DNA from: Podarcis cretensis
Lineage: Eukaryota
NCBI GenBank assembly: GCA_951804945.1
Contig: OX638150.1
Span: 31,930,001 to 31,994,000 of the forward strand
Direction: 5' to 3'
DNA length: 64,000 nucleotides
The notes beneath the pieces are model-generated. The model did not search any database and was not told the DNA's origin. It worked only from the letters and a program-made list of their open reading frames with translations. Shown here piece by piece: positions 39,208 to 51,279 of this stretch. The position numbers were made by a program, and so were the translations under genes. Each line of letters begins with the position of its first letter. Position 1 is the stretch's first letter.

Positions 39208-39920
39208 GTAATGTTTTGTTTTGGGTCTTTCACAAAGTGAGGAACAAAAAGGTAGTTAGTGGATGGTAAATTCTCAGGTACTGACTTCAGGTTACTGGCA
39301 TCATTGAACCATCTTCTGTTACATTCTGGGACAACCAAATGAATGGCAAACAGGGATAGCCGGTTATAGTGGTGCCCTTAGCAGGGTTCTTATACCTGAA
39401 GGTTTGATGGAATCCTACCTGTTCTGCTCCCCTGGTTCTTTGCCCCATTTCTTTCCTTTAATTTGAGATCAGTAGCTCTCTTGGAACAGTGGTAGAGCCC
39501 AGAATGAAGCTATAATAGTACTTAGCATTTATATACTGTGTTAAGTGTGTCAAAAGTTTGCTAAGGTGTCATAATTAGTATTTCCTATCTGAAAGAGAAC
39601 ACCTTGCCTAAGGTCACCAAGTGAGTTAATATCAGAGGTAAGATCTGAACAAGGAGCATCCTGATTAATAACTCAGTCTTAGCTAGCGTGCTACCCCAGC
39701 TATCCATTGTTGTTCCTGACAACTTCTTGTTAGTGTGGGTTTCTAAAATAGCCCTTTCAAGTATCTTGAAAGCCCCAAATATAGTGTCAACCAGTCGCAG
39801 TTGTTCATTCATGAAAAGGCATCAGTTTCTCAGGATGAGCTAGTCTTGTCCAAAGGCAGAGCTGGTTTGACCATGGTTTAGGTTTATTTGAGTAGGCTCC
39901 TGCTCTTTGTTTTCAACTAG

Positions 39921-39987
39921 GTGGTACTGAGAGTTTACTTCCCAGATCGTCACATTCTGCAGGGCTTCTTCCATCCCAGTGAAACAG
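39921..39987 (+). CDS. ASPSCR1: ASPSCR1 exon 10 (UBX)
   Basis: CTAG acceptor. VVLRVYFPDRHILQGFFHPSET. Donor GTAAGA. 67 nt. Confidence 0.97.
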
Positions 39988-41960
39988 GTAAGAGTGTATC
40001 TCCCTCCCAGCTTCTGCCTCACCCCCAAGTAAGGTGCAGTGAAATAGAGAAAAGTTCCTTGCTCCCAGGCTAAGGTTTGTGACTTGAGATAGTTACACTG
40101 CAATGTCTCTAGTTGTTTGATTTGGGCGGTGCTTTAAAAGCTTGAAACTCAAGCACTGTGATCTGAATGAAGGGCTGAGATTTGTGCTCTAAAGAGGACA
40201 AATCTTCCAGGCCACTTACCGCTGCATTAGTCATGCCCAGATGAGGCCATTGAACAACAGGGTGTTGGTCTAGTGTAGTTTCAACCAGAGCCCAAAAAAG
40301 GAGCTGGAAACACTGAAGAGAAGTTGAATCAACCACTCTTCTTAAATGTGCCAGGGGCCAAAAGCAAAACCAGGCTTCCTGCACCTCTAAATAGCAAAAG
40401 GCTAGAACTTCCTGCGGCATGGCAGGGCACACACCCAACTATGCTTTCTGCCTTGCATCTGTCTCCATCTACGGAACTAGATGTCCGTTCCTCCTCATGA
40501 ATTTCTGCTCCTCCTTTGGCCTTAGGCTTGTGAGAGAGAACTCTAAAGTGATAGTTCTTTTGCACAGGCCTGACTAAAGTAAGATCCAGAATCTTCTGCC
40601 TTGCTGGCGTGAGATGTGTGCGTCAGCCCCTGTATTCCTAGGATCCTGAGTTGGGGCAGGTAGAACATACCAGATAGGAGGTGTTACACAATGCTGTACA
40701 GATAGCTGGCTGGTTTATCTGCTGTACACTTAAACACTACCATTGTTGCCTATACCTTTTGAGGGAAGTGATTCGAATATTGAAGGGGGGCAGGAGAAGG
40801 CAGATAGGACCGTGGGTAACTACTGTTTGTGTTTCTCATTCTTTTGTGTCAGATGGCAATGGTGGTTGCTCGTGAGTAATCAGTCAGGACTCCGACCTGT
40901 CTTTTACAGGTTTTATATTGGTGCAAAACTATTTACAGTGCAGAACCACAAGTTCATGTCTGCCTCAATCGCTAGCAGAATCTGGGAGTGGTCATTTCCG
41001 GGTCCTCCCCCAACATAATAGCTCAGTCACCCCCAGCCTTTTCCTTCCTTCTTTGCGTTTTGCACCTCTGTGCAGGGTGGGCGACGGAAGAAGCGTGGTT
41101 CCCTCCTGGCTGGCTTGACCAGGAGTGGTGCTGAGGCTCCCAGCAGCATCCTCTGGTCCCTTCCCCTCTTCCCCACTGGAGGTGTGGCTTTCCCCACCAC
41201 AGGAAGAGGAACTGCTTCCCAAGATTTTCGGAGGTTTACTGTAACCCAACTGCCCCTCTGCTTCCCTTCCCTGTTCCGATGGCAGTCCCCTGACATTTTG
41301 CTTTGTGTTGAATCTGGGTTTTTGCTCTATTTAGAAGCAGCCATGTTCCTAGCTACGCCATCTATCTTTCAGTCTAGCAAAGCCTGGAAAAATCGTTTGT
41401 GAGGGTCTCCGATAGCAAAACTGAACACCACTTCAGTTATTCCTTTCAGGGAAACAAACCCTTTTGAATTGCTCATTGGGGGCAGAGCAGGTTTGTGCTG
41501 GCAGTTAATATAAGACGGAAGATTTGTAAGGGAAGTTTCTTCATTTACTCCTGGGCAGAAGAATTGGAACATACTGTTGAGACTTTGCATTGGGGAAACC
41601 AAGCCAGATCTTGATTAGGATGATAATTTCCCCCCCATCATTGAAGGATGCTGAAGTCTCAGTGTTGGGGTGTTCATAGTGTGGGGAGGAGACTTCCAGC
41701 TATAGAGACAGAATGTGCAGTGATGAAGCTTGAAAGCATAGACAGATGTTACAATTCCTTTTGGTGAACCTAAAATAGGTGCTGACCAATGAAGACATCT
41801 CCTCTTGCTTTGTCCTCTCCATGTGTCTTTAAAGCAGTGACTACATTGGTTTTCTTTTCTAAGCACTGCAGCAAAGGAGATGTGGTCAGTGCTGTAAAAA
41901 GAATGCGGCTCACAATATATCTTTGGATCCACACATCGATTTTCATGCTTTATTTGACAG

Positions 41961-42023
41961 TTGGTGCTCTGAGGAACTTTGTGAAATGCCAGCTTGCAGA
42001 TCCAGAGATGTCGTTCTATCTAT
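41961..42023 (+). CDS. ASPSCR1: ASPSCR1 exon 11 (UBX)
   Basis: GACAG acceptor. (V)GALRNFVKCQLADPEMSFYL. Donor GTAAGT. 63 nt. Confidence 0.96.
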
Positions 42024-42247
42024 GTAAGTTCAGATTTATGTTTTATAACTTTTTAAATGCCAGTTCTCCAGGCCTACTGTCACCATCTAGGTCTTTTAAT
42101 TTTAATTGCCACAGCTAGTGAGCTATGACTGCACCTCTGTCTCTCTCCTCCCCCCTATTCCCTCTCATTCCCCAACCCTTTGCTAAATGAGCTTTATATA
42201 TTTTTCTTGTTCTCTTTACCTAATGAGAACTTTGTGTTTTACTTTAG

Positions 42248-42300
42248 TTACTACACCTCCCAGATGCATCTTGAATGATGACAGTTTGACCCTCTTTCAG
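42248..42300 (+). CDS. ASPSCR1: ASPSCR1 exon 12 (UBX, TPP touch-turn motif)
   Basis: TTTAG acceptor. (F)TTPPRCILNDDSLTLFQ vs human FITPPKTVLDDHTQTLFQ. Donor GTAATG. 53 nt. Confidence 0.96.
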
Positions 42301-42561
42301 GTAATGGCTGTATGCCTCTTCCTGTTTGGTTTGTTTTTCTTATCACAAAAATGCCCTCTACTCTGGTTTTGCTTTTAAGAGCCAGAATAATTGCCTCCTG
42401 TGGGTCTCTATTAAGCCAAAGGTAGGTGAAAATCTGCAGTTGGAGTCTAAAGTGCTTCCCTTTGCTTGTGCACCTGGCATGTTACAAGGGCTTCCCATTG
42501 TTGAGTATAAGTGCTTCTGGCAAGGCCATTTTTGCCGTGAGTGAAGCAAATAAGCCCCACT

Positions 42562-42779
42562 GGGTGGAATTCAACTGAGTTGTTACATGCACAGAATGAG
42601 GTCAGCTTGCACAATGGGACTTCCCTCCCTTGTATTCATATCCCCTAAATCTACTCTGAAGGGTCGGTGGAACCCACAGAACAGGTTTGGGGGGGCATGG
42701 AGGGGAGGTGAAGTCTTGTTGCACAAATGGACTTCATTCCCCACACATACCCTACTTAGCACTACATTGAATTCTGCCC
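42562..42779. mobile_element. PIF/Harbinger-like MITE
   Basis: Imperfect TIRs GGGTGGAATTCAA / TTGAATTCTGCCC with a 3-bp direct repeat (ACT) on both flanks. Confidence 0.55.
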
Positions 42780-43347
42780 ACTGTGCTTACTGGGGCTTTC
42801 TCTGGAGTTAGTATGCATATAAGCGCAGCTTAAAATTGAATTATTTAGCATAGAAGCAAGCCAGCTGAAATAAAAGGAGAAGGGGCTACACATGCCCACA
42901 GTATTCACTAGTGTTCTTGTGAGAAGATTCTGAAAGGCTGTTACATCCAAAATTAAAACGTTTTCTCGTTGTCTCGTGACACTAACCATACGGAGCACCT
43001 TGATTGCAGAAGCTGGGAGGTGATGCTGATGAATTGGGCTGTTTCCTTCCAGCTATACAAGTTTAAGGATTCGTGAAAGGGGGTTTTCCCCTCCCTGACT
43101 GTTGTGTGTACCTCCTGATAGATGTGGGAATTGTTGTGGCATTGCGATCACCATGCTCCGAATTCTTGGGTAACTGGAAATGTTGCTTATATGAACTGAA
43201 TTCCTGGAGGCTTTTCCAAATTGGACAACATTGCTTCACTTTAAAAGGGTGCACGAGTATTGTGATATGGATATCCTTTTCATAAGGTATTGATCGGAAC
43301 GTGAGCTCCCCATAATGCCTGCATCCCAGGTGTGTGCATCTTAAAGA

Positions 43348-43532
43348 AAGGCTGTGACTCAATGGTAGGCAAATGGTTTGCATGCAAAAGGCCCTGGGTT
43401 CAATCCCCAGGCAGGGCTGGGAAAGACTGCCGTCTGCTACACTACGCAGAGAGCTCTGCCGGTCAGTGTAGACAATATTGAGCTAGGTGGGCCAGTGGTC
43501 TTGACAGCTGAAGGCAACTCCCTGTGTTCCCA
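43348..43532 (+). mobile_element. Old tRNA(Ala-like)-headed SINE; related fragments at ~20440-20520 (+) and ~51863-51950 (-)
   Basis: GGCTGTGACTCAATGGTAG...TTTGCATGCAAAAGGCCCTGGGTTCAATCCCC head, body GGGCTGGGAAAGAC...GTCAGTGTAGACAATATTGAGCTAG. Confidence 0.65.
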
Positions 43533-46500
43533 TGTCTCTGTGACTTGGATCTTGACTCTTGATACCAGTCGCTTCTTTCTGTTCATGGAGTGCAAGAAGC
43601 TTGTGTTAATTATCAATGTTGAGGATCAGTGGAGCGACCTTCCTCCACTTCCCCCTTCTAGGGGAGGTAATTTTGCAAGTTCTCTGAAGTTCCTCCCTCT
43701 TACGGGTCCGTGCAACCCTGTTCTGTTTTGCCCCTGCCCCCCTTTCTTTTGATCTCCTTGCCTCCGGGCCCCAGATGAGAGTACGCACTTGTCAAGCGAA
43801 CAGTCTGTCTCTGTTTTGGAAGGCCTGAAAATGTGTGCTCTTGATTTTTAGGAAGGCTTACTGTGCCGGAGATGAAGAACTCCTTGCACAAAAGGCTTTT
43901 TGCCTGAACCTAGCTGCGGAGCTCTGGTTTGTTTTGCTAAATGCTGAGTGGAACTGAAAGGGCCTAGCCAACAAACCTCACCCGACTGCAGCTTTCCTGC
44001 CCAAAGAAAAGCGAGGCAGGACCAAAATTGTCACTCGCAGGGTATGATATACCAAGGGTCATTTGGAGGTTGACAGGTCATACAGAGTGTAACAGGAATC
44101 GGTTTGCGTAGTGTATGTCAGAGCCTCTCAGGCGGCATATTGAATTAGGAAAGGATTAGAGCTCTTCTGAAGTTGTTTATAATGGAGCTTTCCAAATTCC
44201 ATGACTTCCTGGCCAGGCCATGTGGACGAGACACCAGTGCAGCTGCTGTCAGAGCACTGAATGTGTAAAGAGCCAATACCGATGGCTACCTACGTTCAAG
44301 CTCAAGACCTGTCCCCTTTCTGACACACAGTGCCTCACAACTCCTTGCCAAGAAGCTTAGGTTACCCCCCAAAACATGTCTGTCTCTGTATGGTTTACTA
44401 ATAGTGTTTTGTTTGTTGCCACAATGCTTACATTGGCCTCAACCTCCTTGACCCCTGGGAATGTGTCGGGCCTGCGCACTTTTACAGCATGGGTGTGCTT
44501 TTATTGTTCATGGCTGGTGACTCCATAGCCCGGGCATGATGTAGCGGTTAGTTGTGTTTTCTGCCGTCTTGAGGCCCCTTCGGCATGCTTAATCAAAGTG
44601 TGCACAAAATACATTTTGACTTTCATGAGATACTTCTGCAAATCCCTTTCCAATGCCAGTAGCACTATACTCTGCCGGCATTTAACAGATCGGGGAGGGA
44701 GGGTATCTGTGCAACTGTTGGCCTCCTTTTAAAGTCCAGATGTGGTTAGATGTGTTCTTCAGAATTGGGGGGGGGGCATTTAGCCTTCAGAGTTTGTTTG
44801 CTTTTTAAGTGTTAATGAAAAAAAATCATCAAATGGTGGGGTGTTGCTGTGGGGAAAGTGGTACTCTTGAGTTTCACTTATTTTGTTTCATTTCTGCCTA
44901 ATTTTCCACTCTGTAAAGAAACAAAAACAAAAACAAACTTGTGTGTTCCAGCCCAGGAATTTATAGAGCAGGTACATGCATAACCTCCATATTATTATTT
45001 TTTTAAAAAAAGATGGAAAATATTTACAAAACTGGACTGAGGTGGAAGAGGTGTTTTGCCCGTGACTAGTTACGTCACCAAAATATCAAGCAGGTGCCTG
45101 TAACACTTGTGGAAGTATATTCCACACAGCAGTGATCACACCGTCTGAAGGAAGTAGTCATATTTTCTGAGGTACGCTTTATTTGTCCAAAGAAGCATGC
45201 AACTAGTTCCGTGAGCCCAACGAAGCTCCAGAGTTGTTTTTCTCAAACTGCAGGCATCCCCCTGCCCTACCACCACAGTTCCCTGGGTGCTATGCGCCAA
45301 GCTGCTTTCGAAACTGACAGGGATTTTAAATTCAGATGTTTGAAGGAAAAACCTTAAGAATTAAAAGAGGTTAGCAGAAACCTCTTGTCTGAGCTTGAAG
45401 CAGCTCTTTGGATTCTTGGCCAACAGAAGTTTGACCTTGGATTGGGGGCAGAGACATAATGTCTGTGCACAGCAAATGAGAAGCAAACACATATTTATCG
45501 TACAGTGGTGCAGAATGACCCTGAGAGCCATTTAGCACCTGAGCCTGGCCTCTGCTCAGATGTGCTTGCAGCCCTTCAATGCTGGAACAGAAAGCTCTGT
45601 GCCTTTTCTTTCTGAGTCACAATGTCATCTTGGTGGGGAGCAGTCAGTTCAGTGCCTTTCCTTCTTCTCTCCCCCCCCCCCTTCAAAGCCACTGAAATAT
45701 TTTAATTAATAGCAGAAGTGCCAGTGGAAAGGTCCCTTGTGCCTTTGAACTGGGCGACTTTCCCACTCATTGGGAAAGCAGCTCCTCCCATCTTCCCTTG
45801 TTTTGTGCCATCTTGCCCACAGCTGCCACCCAACACGATCTCCGATTCCCACACGCTTATTGTGGTCGGAAGATAGGAAAATAAGAGAAGTTTTCTGTGG
45901 AGTTCTGAGAAGTCTTAGGAGGGAAAGGTCACACTGGGAGTCTGATTAAACTAGTGATTAAAACCTGTATCTGGAAACGGAAGTTTCTCTATACGTTTTG
46001 GCCCTCTTTAGCCCAGCCTATAGGCCAAACCAGACCTGTAAAGCAATTGTAACTTGACCTATCCCATTTTAATCAATGTGGGGTATAAAACCTTTGTCCT
46101 CTTGAGAAAATAATCAAATTAAAAAGTAACACTGGGGGGGGGGGACACACACACAGGGACATGGAGTTGCAGGGGAGTCACTCCTCATTGTAATGTTACT
46201 ACTCATCTCTGGGTCTTACATACAATGCACTGGCTGGGATTGAGTTTTGTGTGTGTCAGGCTCTTCTAGGTATCTTGAACACGGAGGAATACTCATCCCA
46301 CCCAACCTCCCATGTTGGCTTTGTCCTTGAACTTTGCTTCCCAACATAGATTTTTGCATCACCACCACTGCATATCTGAATACTTCTTGGATTTTAACTT
46401 CCTCTTTACCTAGGATGCTTTTCTTCACCTCTCTTTTTTGTGCATTTTCTGAATATATTAACCAACAGCTGCAAGGGAAGGTTTAGTACCTTCTCACTCC

Positions 46501-47059
46501 TTGATCCAGCTATGGCGGCTTTCTGGTCTATATACCCAATTTTGACTAAGAGTTTTTAGCATTCTAATATGCAGTTTTATTGTTACACATAAAGTAGGGT
46601 TTTTGTGTTTTGTGTAAGCAGGCAGGAGGTTTGAATGATACTACAAGCATGATCCCAGACAAATAGATATAGGATTTGAGTCTTAGGCTGCAATCCTAAC
46701 CCCATTTACCTGAGAGTAATCTTCACTGAATTCAATGGGAGTTACTTCTTAGGTTAGTATTACTACCTTTAACTCCCTAGCGAAGTGGTTTCCTTGATAT
46801 TGCCACCTATAAGGTCTCTGAGCAAATATTCCTGTTTTCATAAAGAGAGTTAGCAAAAGGTTAATGGAGAGAAGTTCAGACAATAATTGCTGCAGCGACC
46901 ATATAAGGACATCTGAAAATAATTCAACACAGATAGAATATCACAAACATTATCACTGTCAAAAATGGTCTTGTTCATAGTGATCTTCCTTTGATGGTCC
47001 GTTTAAAGTCTCTGCTATCTGAACACTTCATTCACAATCTGGAGTCTCCAGTTCCTGAG

Positions 47060-47183
47060 AGACTAAAGCATCCACAACAAATGGCCATCTAACCTCTGCT
47101 TAAAAACTTCCAATGGCGGTGGGTACATCACTTTCCAAGGGAGTCCATCCCACTGTCAAACAGCTTTTACCTCCAGAAAGTTA
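47060..47183 (-). mobile_element. CR1 LINE 3'-region fragment
   Basis: CTAAAGCATCC...CCATCTAACCTCTGCTTAAAAACTTCC...CCACTG is similar to the CR1 fragment at 62753-62918. Confidence 0.65.
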
Positions 47184-47199
47184 ATCCTGATTATGATTA

Positions 47200-47648
47200 C
47201 CGTATTTTTCGCCCCATAGGACGCACTTTTCCCCCTCCAAAAATGACGGGGAAATGTGTGTGCCTCCTATGGGGCGAATGCAGGCTTTCGCTGAAGCCTG
47301 GAGAGCGAGAGGGGTCGGTGCGCACTGACCCCTCTCACTCTCCAGGCTTCGCGCAGATCTCTGTAAGCCGTGGGAGCCCGCGCTGGGCTCCCGTGGCTTG
47401 CGGAGAGTTGCCTGCATGCCAAAGGCTGGGCTCCCATGGCTTGCGGAGAGTTGCCTGCATGCCAAAGGCTGGGCTCCCATGGCTTGCGGAGAGTTGCCTG
47501 TTCTGGGGGCTGGGGTCGGGGGAAGCTCGGGCTTCCCCTGCCCCTGCCCCGCTCCTAGGGGGGAAATAATTTTTTTCCCCTTTAATTCCCTCCCAAAAAA
47601 CTAGGTGCGCCTTATGGGACGGTGCGTCCTATAGAGCGAAAAATATGG
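47200..47648. mobile_element. Tc1/mariner-type MITE with internal 43-bp minisatellite
   Basis: 27-bp imperfect TIRs CC(G/A)TATTTTTCGC(C/T)C(C/T)ATAGGACGCAC with TA TSD. About 2.8 copies of GGCTTGCGGAGAGTTGCCTGCATGCCAAAGGCTGGGCTCCCAT at 47382-47500. Confidence 0.88.
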
Positions 47649-48275
47649 TAGTTTGCAATTTTACACACACACAAACACACACATAGATTGTCTATCATCT
47701 TTGTGACCCTTTTTTCGGTATTGCCCTCTTTCACAATAATGAGTTTTGGACTGAATGTGTTTCAATGTTCTCTAGAGTAGCTGCACAGCTTTCCCAGGTT
47801 GCTCACCATTTATTTTCAGCTGCTTCACAGTTCAGAAGTGCTTCAGTGAAGCATTTTCATTCATCCATTCCAGAATGCCTTGCATCAGCTTCCTCCTCTA
47901 CTGGTGGCCCCTGACACCTTTTCCAGCACCTGTTCTGTGAAGCCTCTTGCAGATGACAAGCTCAGTCTGTTTCAGCAGCCCCTGCAATCTAGCTGGCCCT
48001 CTACATTCCCATTGCCCTCAGATGACTAAGGCAACCACATTTAATTTTATCTACTAGAGAGCATTGATTGCTCTCAGAGAGATGCAAGTTGAGGGTTGGC
48101 AGCACAATGTGTGAGCATCTGTGGGGGTTCCCCCCCTCGCGCCCATTCAAAGTCTATTAGTTCCAAACCTTCAAACCTAGTTTCAGGTCAGCCCTCTTAA
48201 AGTATTCAAGCTTTTTAGCTGGCAAAATAAGTTGGAGGTCAGGGAGCTGGCCAGGATGTTTTGATAAACCTTCCT

Positions 48276-48278
<3 letters not shown>

Positions 48279-48319
<41 letters not shown>
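48279..48319. repeat. (TA)n microsatellite
   Basis: Read directly from the sequence. Confidence 0.95.
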
Positions 48320-48322
<3 letters not shown>

Positions 48323-50544
48323 AGTATTTTGGAAATCTTCATTTCCAAAACAACAGGAAGGATTCTGTTCAAAACTTCACTTTTCTTGGAAATTTCTGTA
48401 TCAAATGTGACTGTTAGAAAAAGCTGGGAGAATGTGAAAGCAGCCCAGGCTAGACAGCTTGAACATAAATGATGGTGGCCACTCTTCAGAATTAAGTGGT
48501 TTTAATAGATAGCTTTTGAGGTTCAAGATTTTTTCTTCCCAAACCTCCAAATTTTTAAGGAGAGTGATGAATAGCAGTGAATTTGATCATGTATCCAGTG
48601 CTCTAGTATCACCAGTGTTTGCACAGAAAGCTCTGTAGTTTTCAGCACTATTCAGTTTTGTCAGTTCTCCTGGTTGCTAGATAGGTAAGTCCCGGTATAT
48701 AGAATTATCAGAGGTTTAATATGATTTACAGGGAAGTGATAGTAGGTATGAGTTGGGCAGGTTAAGGGGTAGTAGTAACCTGTGTAAATGAGACCTGGAT
48801 AAAGACCACCTTACCTCCAAATCTGAGTGCGGTGGGAGTATATCAGCAGGGTGTTTAATTAGATTAATGAATCTGTTTCAACAACAAATGGCTGGACCTG
48901 TGTGCCTTAGTGCTGCAGAGCCCAAACAGTGTGAAGTTAGTGGCCACACAGTCCTTGAGCAGAGTTAATGGCAGGTTTTCTAGCTCATGTTTCATTTGAG
49001 TACAAGAGTGGGCGGTTGGTGTTTTCTGGTCCCAGTAGGTTCTCTTACTGTGTGTGATCAACATACAGAAAGGAGCGGAATGACCAACAAAAAATATCCT
49101 AGCCCTCCGATGCAAAGTACAGTAATCTGCTCATGGATGTACTTGTAAAGGACTCCTGCCTGCAAGCAGATCTATTCCTAAGCACCCCAGTCTTCCCTTT
49201 TCAAGTAGTGGGCTGGAATGTTTACCCTCCAGTAGAGTAGTTACTCATGAATAAGAACCCTGCATAGTTGTGAGTAAACACAGCCTGTGAAAACACTGAC
49301 AAACCTGTGTGTGGACATAGCCGAAGTACTGAAAATTGCAGTGCTTTAACTACAAATGCCCATGTTGCCTAGAGTATTAGGACTGCACCCAAATTCTCCT
49401 TAAAAGGTGCGTAAGCCCCACTCAGGATGACTGCACCGGCTGATCCTAGGGTGTTCCCTAGGAAAACATCCGATGCACATACAATGCAGCCTAGCATCTT
49501 GCAGTAGAGCTTAGAAATGAACATGTGCACTGTTCAGGTGCATCAAAACAGGAGCAAACAAGCAACTTATTCCTTATTCTCTTCCTTTTTTTGAGGTGGG
49601 GGAGATTGCAATCACATTGCTATAACTTCCTGGGTTGCCTCTCCCTTTTCCTAGTTTAGATTGGCTGATTCTAGATGCCATTTTGCTCCCTATCACCAGT
49701 ATAAACATGCATTCATCCGTTCGTTCTTTCCCCCTTTTTGCCTTGAGTCAGTGTACGCTCCATGCTGTAATGGCTTCTGCTTGGATAGCCTTTCTCTGCC
49801 ACCGGAGATCTGAAAGCTTGGCAGAGGCTGAAGGGGGCTTTCTTTTCTGGAGAGAAATGGGTGCGGAAGCTGCTCCAGCTTTCATGTCCCTGGCAACTCT
49901 GTTATTGTTGGATGCCCTTTTTATAGGCTGCTGGTCCTAATCGGGCTGTTTTGCCTAAGCCCCTGTGTTCCTGGGAAGGAGGGGTGTGTGTGTGTGTTAT
50001 TGGACCTGTCTCGGCACTAGTGTGAGGGGCAGTGCTGAGGTGGGGAACCCTGCTGTTTGCCTTCTCCAGCATTATTTGCTGAGCGGCAAACTCATGGGCA
50101 CAGGAGTGGATATGTATTGTGCAGACTCCTGCTTTTGAGTCTGCATGTGACTAATGTGGGAACTGGAACAGAGACTTCTCTTATTTTTGTAAAAAAATAA
50201 ACTGTGTTGGTTTTGTGTACACATGGAGATGGAAGTGAAACGCACAGAAACACCAACCTTTGCTCTTAATAGTTTCCGTATTTAATATAGACAAAACCAC
50301 TCTATAATATTTGAAATAGTCTTCTAAGAGACTTGTAAATTAATTTAACATGGATTAACTGACAAAAAGGAGCTAATTAGACTTATGGAAACGCCAGACA
50401 AAGGCCTGCTGGAACAAGTGGGTTATAGCTAGTATGATGAATCTTCAGAAAATGTCTGTCCTGGGCTTGAATCATCAGATCTCTGTTCTCTTGAGGTCTC
50501 TGCACTTTCATGCTGTGTTGTCAGGACATCAGAAGAGGCTAGAC

Positions 50545-50656
50545 CAGGAGTGGGGAACCTCTGGCCCTCGCAACTCCCATCAGCACAAACCAGCATGGTC
50601 AAAGATTATGGGAGTTGAAATTCAATAACAAGGGGCTGCAGGTGCCAACATCCTTG
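50545..50656. mobile_element. hAT-type MITE; related decayed copies at ~1274, 2960, 10675, 27688, 28453, 33395 and 60657
   Basis: CAGGAGTGGGGAACCT 5' end, AACTCCCAT/ATGGGAGTT palindromic core, and 8-bp TSD GGCTAGAC/GACTAGAC. Confidence 0.7.
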
Positions 50657-51133
50657 GACTAGACTCTAGAGCATCCAGCCTTAACTTACAGTGGAGAGAT
50701 GAAGGACTGTCTCAGTTGATATTACAGTGCAGAAACCCAGGCCAGATATCGGGCTCGGGAGACCCGTACATACATGGTCACTGTCGTTTCAATATCAGAA
50801 TATATTGTTTGGAGGCTGGTCCTGAGAATCCTAGCTTTTGCTGCAGAACCTCATGGTTGTTTGTAGTGGAGAAAAACTAAACTACAGAAAAGCAGGGAAG
50901 GTCTGGAAAGGATTCCAGTGGCTGATGTGGCAGGTATGAGAGTGAAGCATCCTCATTTTTCCCAAGTTGGAGAAGGCTACTTTAAATGCCATTTAATGGT
51001 GTGTGGTTCAGTGTAGCCTGGATTTGCCATTGTTCCATGAACTCGTTTCTATCTCATGCGGTCGCACTAAAGTCTTGCCAGCAAAAGTAGCAACCTTGCA
51101 AAAGGGTGCTGACAAGCTTTGGTTGCATTTATC

Positions 51134-51279
51134 CAGTGGCGTAGCGTGGGGGGTGCAGGGGGGGCCGGCCGCACCGGGTGCAACATCTGGGGGTTAGGGT
51201 TAGGGGCGCAAATCCACGGGTTAGGGGGTGCAAATTACTTGCCTTGCCCCGGGTGCTGACAACCCACGCTACACCACTG
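51134..51279. mobile_element. hAT MITE with perfect 8-bp TSD
   Basis: TIRs CAGTGGCGTAGCGTGGG / CCCACGCTACACCACTG. TSD CATTTATC at 51126-51133 and 51280-51287. Confidence 0.9.

Noticed and set aside
47382-47500. 43-bp repeats superficially like a CRISPR array
   Set aside because: Contiguous tandem units without spacers, inside a eukaryotic MITE.
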